Positions 39,000 to 50,584 of a DNA stretch of 64,000 nucleotides are shown piece by piece (the first letter of the stretch is position 1; each line of letters opens with the position of its first letter). The stretch comes from Eukaryota sp. GEM-RC1 (Eukaryota): positions 2,170,001 to 2,234,000 of the forward strand of contig JAUFOQ010000002.1 in the NCBI GenBank assembly GCA_040285855.1. Reading direction: 5' to 3'. Below the pieces are notes generated by a model that searched no databases, had not been told where the DNA came from, and saw nothing but the letters and a program-made list of their open reading frames with translations. Position numbers and translations under genes: made by a program.

Positions 39000-39175
39000 G
39001 ATAATTCTCGTGTTGATCAGGAGAATTTATCTTCCTTCATTTTCTGAATTACTAAGCATCAATCTATTGTTGCAAATAAACTCACTATATCTACTAGTAG
39101 GTGCTTTTCACTTTAATTATTTCTAATGAATTTTACGGTTTTTTGTGATCTGAAGTTCTTTTCCCATTGATTTTA

Positions 39176-40525
39176 ATGTCGTTTTCTCTTCCCCCAGCTG
39201 ACACTCTTTCCATTCTCCTCAATGAACCCTGTTTATCTAATCAAACCATTTCTTTTGGTCAGGAATCCATCAAAGTGAACAGATTCGTTCTCGCTGCTCA
39301 CTCAACTTACTTTCGATCTCTTTGGTTCTTGGAATTCTCTGACAAAAGTGAGAACACTGTACATTTCTCCCATCTCCCCGTTAGTTCCAATGATTTCTTT
39401 TCCTTCATCACATCTTTCTACGGTCAACCCTTCATTCTAAATGAGAATAATGCATACGACTTCTACTTCCTTGTTCACTATTTTCAAGTAGAGAAACTCA
39501 TTGAACAAGTTGAAACTTATCTTAACACTCGCCTCGTGACCTGGGCTTGGTTAAAACTATTCATTAAAGCAGCAAATGAAAGAAATGACTTAAATGCTCT
39601 GAAATTCGCTGGTCCATTATTTCCCATGGTTTCTGATGGTTTGATTGATGATGTGATGGCAATCACTACTGAAGGATTTCAAATACTTTCTAAATATTGC
39701 ACTTCCTCTCAGTCACTGATCTGGTTAATTAAATCCATAGTGTCATCAATTCTCAATCAGAGTTTTAATTTGAGGGAATTTTTAAATATTTTAAATTCTT
39801 GTTCAATTAAAACTCTTTCATGTGAACAATGGGATGAGTTTCTATTTGTGCCTTTAAGAGATGTTGACGAATTGGATGCTGATTTGAATCACTTTCTAAA
39901 TACTAAAGTTTATAAAATTTGTATCGAATGTTGGTCCAAGGTAAATTCCCTTATTGATACTCAAACTCCTCAATTTGAAAAATCTCAATTTAATCTCAAT
40001 GAAAAATTAACTGCGGATACAATAGAGAGTCATAATGGTCATCAATCAAAAATGATTAGATTCTCCCAAACTAGGAAGAATTCTCACTTACAAGTTAGTG
40101 ATGATATGAAAACTGTTGTTGTCTCTGAAGATGGTCGTGGTAACAGAAACATACTAGGAGAAGATCCACTTCTTCCTGGTAATGTTTATACCTGGAAGTT
40201 GAGGTACCAGGGAAGTACTGACTCACTTTTGGTTGGAGTTATTGACGATACACAGTTTGTTGCTGACGGTTATTGTTTTGAGTATGCTCATTATATGACC
40301 AATCATGTTTCTGATTATGGTCGTCTCTCAGGAACCAAGGCTCAGTGGAATCCTGGTGAAGTACTCGAAATCAGTGTAGATTTAATTAATTACACTTTAT
40401 CGATCAAATCCATGGACAATTCATCAATCAAGCTTACTGGCACACTACCCAGATTAAGTAGTGGTAATTATTATCCATGGGTCTATCTTCGTCATGGAGA
40501 TCATGTGCTTACAATTATTGAATAA
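39176..40525 (+). CDS. BTB/POZ - SPRY(B30.2)-like protein, paralog of 35477
   Basis: Same architecture, high identity to 35477-36814. Confidence 0.88.
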   Translation: MSFSLPPADTLSILLNEPCLSNQTISFGQESIKVNRFVLAAHSTYFRSLWFLEFSDKSENTVHFSHLPVSSNDFFSFITSFYGQPFILNENNAYDFYFLVHYFQVEKLIEQVETYLNTRLVTWAWLKLFIKAANERNDLNALKFAGPLFPMVSDGLIDDVMAITTEGFQILSKYCTSSQSLIWLIKSIVSSILNQSFNLREFLNILNSCSIKTLSCEQWDEFLFVPLRDVDELDADLNHFLNTKVYKICIECWSKVNSLIDTQTPQFEKSQFNLNEKLTADTIESHNGHQSKMIRFSQTRKNSHLQVSDDMKTVVVSEDGRGNRNILGEDPLLPGNVYTWKLRYQGSTDSLLVGVIDDTQFVADGYCFEYAHYMTNHVSDYGRLSGTKAQWNPGEVLEISVDLINYTLSIKSMDNSSIKLTGTLPRLSSGNYYPWVYLRHGDHVLTIIE

Positions 40526-40735
40526 AGCTGATTAAATTACCACCATCTATTTATCAACATACAGCATTCCTTATTTAATAAATTAGTTAATGTTACAGCA
40601 CACTTTGTATTTGAAAACATTACTGCGAATGATGATTTACAGCATTTACATATTTTGTTAAGAATAATGTAATAAAGAAGTAAGAAGTATTAAAGACTGA
40701 TTCAATAATCCATATTTATATCAATAACTATCTCT

Positions 40736-42156
40736 CTAAGGGAAAATACGAGTAGGATCTCTAGGAAACATTGAAGTTTTTCTAATATTATGAAGTCCCA
40801 AAAACAACATCACAAGGCGTTCTAATCCAATTCCAGCTCCACCATGAGGAGAACACCCAAACTCAAACGACTCAATATAGTACTTCAAACTTCCCACATC
40901 AATTCCACATTGAGCAGCTCTTTCTGCCACCACTTTAGGATCATGAATACGCTGAGCTCCTGAAGTGATCTCCTCTCCTCTCAAGAAGATATCATATGAA
41001 TGAGAGTACCTGGGATCTTCTTCTGAGTGCATGGTGTAGAAAGGACGGACAGCAGAGGGGTACTTATCTAAAATGAAGAAATCGGTTTCGTATTCGTCAC
41101 GAACAAGCTTTCCTAAAAGCTTTTCATTTACAGTGGACAAATCATCAAAATCACCGACTTCAGCACCTGCCTTTCTTAACATTTCAATTGCCTGGGGGAA
41201 GTCCATTCTAAGAGCAGGCCATTTGAGCTTTAATGGTTCAGCATCGTGTTGGGTTGAAACGACATCAATCAAATCAGCACATTTTTCTAAAAGTCCAACG
41301 AATATGTGTTTAAATAAATTCTCTAACATCTCTAAGACTTCATGGTAATGGTCATAAATCTCCATTTCAAGATCCAAACCAACAAACTCACACAAATGTC
41401 GATGAGTAAAAGAGTTTTCAGCTCTAAAAACAGGACCAATCTCAAACACGCGGCTAAAACCTGAAGCAATTGCCATTTGTTTGTACAACTGGGGGGATTG
41501 AGCTAAACAAGCGTCTCTGTCAAAGTATTTTAGATGGAAGACGGCTGATCCACCTTCAGAAGAACCAGCAATAAGCTTGGGGGATTGGATCTCAGTAAAA
41601 CCGTGTTTCATAAGGAATTCTCTGAAGAGGAAACATGTCTCGGCCTTGATTCTCATAATGGCTTGGTTAGCAGGAGTTCGAAGGTCGAGAGCACGGGCAT
41701 TCAGACGAGTGGGCTGAGTAACAGTGACACCAGTTTCATCGCCCTCAGTAGTCTCCCTTACGCATAGCATCCTCAACAGTGAATACTAGGCGGGGATCAG
41801 GAGTTACAATTGCGGTGAACGACTCGATCTGGATCTCAGCTTTTTTAAGAGTTGCTGTATTGATTTCGTTTTCAACGGATGACAGTTTTCCAGTAATATC
41901 GACTATGGTTTCACGGGGAAGCTTTTGGAGAGCTTTGACTAATTCACGTGGAACAGTTTCGGAAGCAAATGCACAAGCTTGAACCAGATCGGTTCCATCA
42001 CGAAGTACAAGAAAGACACTTTTACCTTATGTAAGAACAATAATTTATGAGGAGAATACCTTTTCCACGGACATTGTGTACACGAGCTCTGAAAAGAACA
42101 GAGCTGTCTAAATAGTTTTCATATTCACGGACAAGTTGAGTTAAAGGAAGTCGCAT
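40736..42156 (-). CDS. DARS1: Cytosolic aspartyl-tRNA synthetase (1 intron, 1 frameshift)
   Basis: RARVHNVRGKGK, LDLRT, LAQSPQLYKQ, FRAE, SGAQR, GIGLERL, FPRDP motifs; 34-nt intron 42026-42059; 1-nt shift at 41755-41757. Confidence 0.95.
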
Positions 42157-42196
42157 TTGGAGGAGGAGGATTCAACAACTTTCTCTCTCACTCTAT
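42157..42196. promoter_or_regulatory. 40-bp intergenic region between divergent AspRS and eIF5A start codons
   Basis: Inferred ATGs at 42156(-) and 42197(+). Confidence 0.6.
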
Positions 42197-42722
42197 ATGT
42201 CCGATCTTGAATTCGATTCGTATGTTCAACATTGATCTCTCATTTAAGCGCTGGAGCTGGTGCCTCTTTGACTTTCCCCAAACCCGCTGGTTCTATCAGA
42301 AAGGGTGATCATGCTTTGTTGAAGGGCCATCCTTGCAAGATTGCTGACGTCAGAACCTCAAAAACCGGTAAGCATGGTCACGCTAAGGCCAACTTTGTCG
42401 GTATTGACATCTTCACTGGAAACAAATATGAAGATATGTGCCCTACTTCTCATAACATGGATGTTCCTGATATCAAGAGAGTTGAATACCAACTTGTTTT
42501 TATCGATGATCAGTTCTGTCATCTTCTTGACATTGAAACCTCTGATGTTAGAGAAGACATCGCTGTTCCTGCTGGAGAACTCGGTGAAGCACTTGTCAGT
42601 GATTATGACGCAGGAAAGAATGTTTTTGTTATTGTTGTTGCTGCCATGGGCCAAGAGGCTATTGTTTGTTTTTTATTGTTTTTTTCTAATCGAAGGTTTC
42701 TCATCGTGAAGTTAGAGAATAA
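42197..42722 (+). CDS. EIF5A: Translation factor eIF5A (2 introns)
   Basis: Hypusine motif SKTGKHGHAK; introns 42220-42248 (29 nt) and 42664-42695 (32 nt) give MSDLEFDSAGAGAS...EAIVSHREVRE*. Confidence 0.97.
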
Positions 42723-43047
42723 GTGTATCTGTTTATTGCCTTTGACATCCGTTCTAGTTTTTGTGACACAATATATAATAGTGAGTATCACTGTTGTCTG
42801 TGTCTTCCTCATATAAGCCATCTATATTCTGCTATCACATTTTGAACAAGTCTATACACAATTTATCAAAGAATAGTATGAAACTAACAGTGACGTAAAC
42901 AACTTTAAGTGACGAAACCTACAATGTATAATCAAGGTTCGAGGATCAGAATTCTGTTGAACAGCACATGATGTACAAGATCTGGACAGTCGACAAAATT
43001 TTTGATGAATTATCAAGACTTGAGTCTTACTAACAGGCAACAATGTC

Positions 43048-44061
43048 TTACTCAAAGAAGGATTGAACCAAATCACCGGGATGTAGTTTTGCCAGGTGAT
43101 CAACAAGATATGGCTCTTCTATCAAAGAGGAACACAGTTTACACTTCTTACCTCGTCGTGGACAACGGATAAAATGAGTTTTAAACTCGGATCTAGTCGT
43201 GGTATGAGCACAATACTTACATTCTACTGGTAAGTTACTGATCATCCGTCTAACTGGGAGATTACTTGATACTTTAAAGGAACGGCTCCTACACTGCGGA
43301 CAACTTGAAGACTTACAACACTGACTACAGAAAAGATTACCGCAACATGATGACTCAACAGCATTTACCAAGATAGAGAGACAAATTGGACATGTAAAAC
43401 CGTCAAGAGACAAGGGAGGAGCAAGTTCAACAAAGTGGTCTGATAGATCGGATGGTAAGGAAGAATAACTACCCTTGGTAGAGGCGTCAGAAAGATCAGA
43501 AATTCCAAAGTGAGTCAAAAGTGGAGATACAGATGTCTTGAATGGTTCACATGTTCTAACCATTAGAGATTCCCCATGATGATTTAATCCGACAGCAGCA
43601 TGTGGTGAGCTTTGGTTAAAACAAAAAGTTTGTGGTAGAATACATCCATTATGAGTGAAGACTAACTTTTGTTGAAAAGGGCAGAAGCACAGTCCTATGG
43701 TGTCACCAACATTAGCATGTGGAAAACCAAAGTCAGTTCCACGACCTGATTCCTGAAAAATCTTCCCATCATCAGCGTGATAACCGATTGAGTAGTTCAT
43801 CCAACCAGGGGCCTTGTAATAAAGAGGGTAATTGGAAGGTACCAGTCCAATTGCACAACAATAGCGAGAACCATTGCCAATAGACAATACAGTAACTTCA
43901 AAGTAGGCTATCGGAGAAGATGATAGAATAGATGAAACACTTTTGATACAAATGGGGTCTTGTCTTGAACTGTTTGAACGATGAGTATAGATTGTACAGC
44001 CATCTTCGGCTACATGAGTCTGTACTTTCGCAATTGATGATGGAAACACTAAATCGGGCAT
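43048..44061 (-). CDS. SPRY-RING-TRAF zinc finger protein, paralog of 12163
   Basis: Same domain order; the C-terminal third is near-identical at nucleotide level. Confidence 0.9.
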   Translation of the reverse strand: MPDLVFPSSIAKVQTHVAEDGCTIYTHRSNSSRQDPICIKSVSSILSSSPIAYFEVTVLSIGNGSRYCCAIGLVPSNYPLYYKAPGWMNYSIGYHADDGKIFQESGRGTDFGFPHANVGDTIGLCFCPFQQKLVFTHNGCILPQTFCFNQSSPHAAVGLNHHGESLMVRTCEPFKTSVSPLLTHFGISDLSDASTKGSYSSLPSDLSDHFVELAPPLSLDGFTCPICLSILVNAVESSCCGNLFCSQCCKSSSCPQCRSRSFKVSSNLPVRRMISNLPVECKYCAHTTTRSEFKTHFIRCPRRGKKCKLCSSLIEEPYLVDHLAKLHPGDLVQSFFE

Positions 44062-44513
44062 TGGTGATAAGGAAATAGGAAGGTGGATCAGATGAATTGT
44101 CAAATCAATTCTACACCTACATACTAGTACAATGTACTATGTAGTAGACTTCTGCAAATGCATTTATTTCACTGACTGATCATAAACCCCGTTTTTTTTG
44201 TACTAGACTGTTTTTGGTACACAAACCAATTCTACATCTTCAATCTCGTTTGCTTCTGTGTCATCCACATGTTCGTTTCCCTCACATCCTCACTATGGAT
44301 CTCTTCATTTGAATTATTGTCTACTCTTGTTGACAGAGTTGGGTTCTCATGTCAATGTCCTGTAACATCCGATGCTAATCCACAACGAATCATTCATCTC
44401 TACATATGATACTCCGTTTCCATTCATTATTATATTGAGCCTTGTCACTGGTGTAGTGGCCAGTATAGAAGACAATGTTTATTCTCACTCATTGTTCTTA
44501 TTATCTTCTGACA

Positions 44514-46289
44514 CAGTGATGTGAAAAAATTAAGATAATTATAAATAATGGAATTAGTTCCCTGAGAATTCATTAATTCTAGCCGCTTGGAATTGTAATT
44601 AATAAATTGTTACACTTTTGAATTAAAATTAATTAATGGGAATCATTAGAATTAATTTTATAATTCACACCATGTCATCTTCCCAAATATTGTTTGTTTT
44701 TGCATGTGTCGAACCATCATCAGCTAGGGCATATGAGAACCTTACAACTTGTCTCTGGAACACTGATTGTTGGTACTTTGATGTACTCAAATTAATTGTG
44801 GCCCATAACTCCCATGAGACAACGGTAATGAATTCAGTACCACTAACTAGAGATGGTAATTTTGATTGATTGTCTGTTGTCTGTTATCGTATTGCTACTA
44901 AAGAATTAATTGCAATTAATTGCAATTAATTACTACATTTCTCCAGTGCATATATTGGAGGTTTTGGGTTTACATTTTCTAAATGGTAGACTAAAGCAGC
45001 TTTCATTGGTGGTGGAAAGCATTTTGTATTCGGCTTTGTAATCGATATCCATCAAGAATTTCTCTTCTGGAAAATACTTGCAGCTTTTATCTTAATCATC
45101 TCCGTGGTGAAATAGGTAGTCTTTCTCCTGATTTTGGTCATCTGGCTTTCCTGTTGATATCAGAGCAATTCCATGTTGAAACATTTTGTCATTAAAATTT
45201 GCTTTCAGGAAACTACAAAATCCTTAATTAAAATATTTTGAAAGTTTAGATTTCACAGTTCCTTTTAGTTCGGCTAAAGAAAAAAAATCAAGCTTTGGCT
45301 AATTTTTTAATTGATTTAAAGGAGAGTTCTGATGTGGCATTATTTAATCAAATTCCACAAGTATATGGTTTTTTATTAAATGATCAACAATGGACCACTA
45401 CAGTGAGACTTTGTTGCTATTTATGGTCATACAATCTTCCAAATGATCTTCAGTGTAGATGTGGAAACCAATTAACGTTTTCTCATTTGTTATGATGTAA
45501 TCACTACATAACTTATCGAACGTGTATGCATGATGCTGTAAGAGACCAAATACATGATATGTGTAAGTCTTACCAAATTGAATCATTTGTTGAACCACTT
45601 CTAAGATCATTAGAACCAAGTAATATTTGTGATGATGAAAAACAGAAACAATTTTTTGGTAAAAGGAGAGCAGATGTTGTTGTCCCTTCTTCTTCGGACA
45701 AATTGATTGTTGTCGATGTAGTGTCAGTGGATGTTAGTAAAAAAACATCTTTAAAGAATGCTTACTCTGAAACTTCCCCTTTAGACATTTCTGAACAAGC
45801 CAAACAAGATACAAGAAACCATTGTTGGCTCTAAAACATGTAAAACATGTGGAATACGAATTATGCCCTTTGCTGTTTCAATTTATGGCCGTTTAGGAAA
45901 AAGTGCATTAAATTTGTTAAACGATTTCGGAAAAATCGAAAAAATAGAATGATCAAACGTTTTGACCATATATATATGTTATGGTTGAATCGGATCGTTT
46001 TTACTGTTTTTAAACAATCCCCCTAATCATCTTCAAAGCTGTACTAGCTGTGAGTTCCATTAATGAGAACAAAGCTGTTGTAAGATTGGATAGTGATGTG
46101 TGTTGTTTTAATGATATCAAATGTTAGTTGTTTGATCTATTACATTTATAATAAAAAGCTATAAAAACATTCATTAATTGTGGGACCGGAGAACTAAAAT
46201 TATTTAGTTTTAGGCCGCAAAAATTAGAATTAATTAATTGAGGGTGTCGAATTTATAATTTAATTTAAATTTGTTTCTTCGCAACACTA
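44514..46289. mobile_element. hAT derivative (same family as 37924) interrupted by a non-LTR insertion
   Basis: Ends CAGTGATGTGAAAAAATT / TAGTGTTGCGAAGAAA; TSD TTCTGACA/ATCTGACA. Confidence 0.8.
44935..46165 (+). mobile_element. 5'-truncated RLE-type (CRE-like) non-LTR retrotransposon
   Basis: GGFG (thumb-like), C-x-C..HLL zinc motif, MHDAVRD, RRADVVV, VVDV, PFAVSIYGRLG; A-rich 3' end; multiple stops and shifts. Confidence 0.85.
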
Positions 46290-47491
46290 ATCTGACATAT
46301 GGTCCCCATACCAGCGTCCAAGTCTGTCAAATTTGTGAATAATATGCCGTATTAATTATTGTACACTTCAAAGTACAACATTTGTTCACTTTGTATTACT
46401 TTGTAGAGCTTCCAGCAAATGATTTGCTGTGAATGGTGAAAGATCGTATTTGAAGCTGAAGTCATAAATTGTAGCGCTTTAACGCAGCTAAAACACAGAA
46501 GCACATTTCCTATACTTGTTTTATCATTTTGTTCTTCTTATCTTTTGAATTTTTCGTTCACACATCCTCGAAATTGTTACATCAGTTTACTGACGTGGTG
46601 AAACAACGACGTTGCAACAAGTCTTCAACCATTACAGGACTGGAAAATTGATGTTTTCAGTTTTCAAGTTTATTCCTCAGATGCTGTTGAAAGAAGTCTT
46701 ATTTGTTTAGGCGACTATTGCGAAGAGAAAACTTCAGTCTACAGGCAAAAGAAATATTGAGGGTATTGCTTTATTCGAAAGAGCATTGAGTGGTTACTTG
46801 TTGTGTATTTTCATTATATCAAGATATTGTTATGAACAATGAAAAAGTTGAACTGGTCTTTTTCAACTTTTTTTATTAAATTCGAAAAAAACGTAAAAAA
46901 CGACAAAAAAGTCCGTTTTCTATTTTTGGACAACGTTTTTTACAAGCCTGAGTAAGTACATTTTGTAGTGGCTTGGAAGTGCTAATCTATATCGATGTAA
47001 TCAAGAGGGAATTTGATGTGCGGAAATCCATACAGTTGTGCAATTTAAATACTAACTTTTCTGCTTATTATGTGACAGCAACAGTTCAGAAGGGGATACG
47101 TTATTATTAAGTGATACAGAAGAGTACAAATAACTTTATGGGTGCAAACAAGTGTGGAAAGCTCTACTTAACTTGGTTAGCTAGTTTTGAGACTCTTACA
47201 GCTTCTTCAAAAACAGAAGAAGCAGCTGGTTTTTGTTACAAGATGAGAATTCGCCTGAAAATGGAATGCTTTTCAATATGGGTTGATGACAAGCATCTCT
47301 GGCCTTTCAGTTTTTTTGTTGAAACGATTAATTTTAAGTACTGCCAGAATCACTACAATGTAGTCTGCATTCAAAAAAAAATGTTCTCCTGGAAAAAGGT
47401 GTTTTCACAACAGGAAACAAAAATCAAATAACTATCACAGTAACACACTCCCAGTCACCATTCGAAAAAGCACAGGATTCGCCCATATTCC

Positions 47492-49015
47492 TTATCTTCC
47501 AGCTACGTGTCTTTTTGAATCTGGTAACTTACAATCATTTGATTTAAATAAACACTGACTGAAATGAGTTTTGAACTCGGATCTAGTAGTGTGGCGAGCA
47601 CAATACTTGCATTCTACTGGTAAGTTATTGAGCATACATCTTACTAGATAATTAGCTGAAACTTTGAAGGAACTGCTCTTACACTGCGGACAACTTGAAG
47701 AAGTACAACACCGACTGCAGAACAGATTACCACAACATGATGACTCAACAGGATTTACCAAGATCGAGAGACAAACTGGACAGGTAAAACGGTCAAGAGA
47801 CAATGGAGGAGCAAGTTCAACAAAGTGTTCTGATAGATCGGAAACACTAGAAAGTCCAAAGCGAGTCAAAAGTTGAGATATTTGTATCTTGAATGGTTCA
47901 CATGTTCTAACCATTAGAGATTCCCCACGACGATATAATCCAACAGCAGCATGTACTGAACTTTGTTTGAAACTAAAGGTCTCGGGAAGAATTCATCCGT
48001 TATAAGTAAAAAGAACCTTTTGGTGACAAGGAACGTAACACAGTCCAATGGTGTCACCAACATTAGCATTTGGAAAACCAAAATTAGTTCCAGAACCTGA
48101 TTCCTGACAAATCATACCATTATCACCGTGATAAGCAATTGAATTAGGGTCCCACCCAGGGAGTCTATGTGAAGGGTAAGTAGAATCAACGAGTCCGATT
48201 ACACATCCATAACGAGATTTACTACCAAGAGACAAAACAGTGAGCTCAAAGTAAGTTATTGGAAAAGTTGAAGTAATTGGAAGAACACTTTTGATACAGA
48301 TAAGATCATGGTCAGAATTGTTTAATTGGTGAGTAAACACAGTACGACCCTCTTCAAGAACACAAGTTTGGACTTTTGGAGAAGATCGTGGAAAAAGATC
48401 AATCATATTTGGAACAACTAGTCTTGAATCTAAATATGGAAGTGGGTTAGAACCATTGGAAAGCTCAAAGTGAGTCAAAAGTTGAGATTTAGGTGTCAGA
48501 AATGGTTCACATGTTCTAACCATTAGAGATTCCCCGTGATAACGAAGACCCAAAGCAGCGTGGACTGAACCTAGATTGACACTAAAAGCTTTAGGAAGAA
48601 TTATTCCGTTATAAGTAAAGACAACTTTTTGGTGAGAAGCAACAAAACACAGTCCAATGGTGTCACCAACGTTAGCATGTGGAAAACCGAAATTACTACC
48701 AGTACATGATTCATGATAAACCATGCCATCATCAGCGTGATAAGCAATTGAATTAATATCCCAACCAAGAGGTCTGTTCAGAGAGTAAGTGGAAGAAACT
48801 AGTCCTACTGTACAACAATACCGAGATTTACTACCACGAGATACAACAGTGATCTCAAAGTAAGTCAAAGGAAGAACCCAAGTAATAGGCAAAACACTTT
48901 TGATACAGATAGGGTCCTGACCAGAGCTATTTGATTGATGAGTAAGCACAGTGCGGCCCTCTTCAACAGTACAAGTATGGATCTTCGGCGTTGTCCGTGG
49001 AAACTCGAGAACCAT
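47492..49015 (-). CDS. Double-SPRY RING protein with an in-frame TGA (gene or young pseudogene)
   Basis: Two tandem SPRY units then a RING; ORFs 47993-49015 and 47492-47914 share a frame, separated only by TGA at 47993-47995. Confidence 0.8.
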
Positions 49016-50584
49016 ATGGAGAAGAGCCTTTTGTATGAGAAAGAAACTTTCAATAGTTCAGAAAAGAAGTGTCTTGAACAAATGTCAAGAGGGCCGTTCA
49101 ATGTTGCTGCTCAAGTGAGTGCCTTCTCAATCATGTTATAAAAACGTCAAGAAAGCACAAACACATGAAAAAAGCAGTAATGACTATTCGCGATCCGTGT
49201 AATGGTAAATCTGGTGATACAGTAAGTGAAGGTCAAACAAGACTTTATTATCAAGCAGGTGGCAGCGCAATTTCCAGAATCCGTCGATGGAAGGGTTCTT
49301 TTAAATCCTTAAATCAATTTCCAGATCTTTCGGAGGCAAAGTATTCGTTGACTGACACTCCGATGGATGTTACTGTTGCAAAGTCGCTTCCATTATTGAG
49401 TTTGTGTTGTAATTAGAGATAGACATGTGCCAACGACTCAATTAGTTGCATTGTATTGAAGTTACTGACTATCAGCTCTGCCAAGATGAACGACTATTTT
49501 AAACCAAAAGAATGATTACTAGTAATGACGGTTGGGAAATAGTTGCAATTTATATTACCGATACTGTACATCCATTATGACCTTCTGTGTTGGTATTTGT
49601 TACAAATATAAACCAATTTTCTGACGTTAAAGGTTTTGTGTATTGAAAGCAAACAACTGAGTGTCATTTTCTGAATTGATCGATTTTTGAAATTTGAAGT
49701 GCTTCTGTGTGCACAAGTTCTAATTACAATAGATCTTACTTTTATTGGTCAGACTCCTTCACATTTCGATTCACTAAATAAGGATATTGATACTAAAATG
49801 GAACGTCTTGAAATTCCCATTTTTGCTGGGTCAATTACAAGTATTAGTAATAGATCAATTAACTTTATATATGAAATTTTTACACTTTCAATTCTGGACA
49901 CTGTCCGATTTACAAAACAGTTGTTAGTCTCGATTTTGGTTCCGGTCTCGTTATGTTCTCCGGAATTTACTAGCTACCCCTGACTTGCTTTACAGTCATG
50001 TACATCCATCAAAAGTTCAGTTTTTAATGTGTTGTTCCACCTGACAGTGATCTATTTGCAGTCGAGATGAAACTACTTTTTGTATCTAGTGATCCTATGA
50101 CTAAAAGTCCCTATGACATCAGTCTTACCCACATAACCACCGTTTTTTTTTTGCATTGTTCATTTGGTGCCATGACTGACATGTCATGGCTAAACGTCTA
50201 GCCACTATCATGTTTACATTACAATAATGAATTTCATTTTGGTATTCGTTGTATAAATTTTATAATTATAATAAGTACTTTTAATACTATAAAGTATTTA
50301 TATCTCTGAACTTATCTGTTACTTTCTGTCTTGACGTTTGTAACGTGCATCTGTAATTTTATGAGCCATACAAGTAAAAACCCCATAAGAAAACATTGTC
50401 AAAAATGACTAGTGTGCATAAAAACGTGTAGACAGATTGAAATTCATCTAAACTTGCAGAAGAGAGAACGATTGTCGTGCGTCAATTTAATTTGTCGTGT
50501 TGTTGACTTACTAACCAACAATTGTCTTCATTTTCTCTCTCAAACGGACCTAGACACTTTTTGTTTTTATCTGCAAACTATCTA

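Noticed and set aside
49100..49400. Coding-like - strand stretch with in-frame TAA/TAG, suggesting an alternative genetic code
   Set aside because: Conserved genes have no in-frame TAA/TAG and all three stops terminate genes; likely decayed or non-coding sequence
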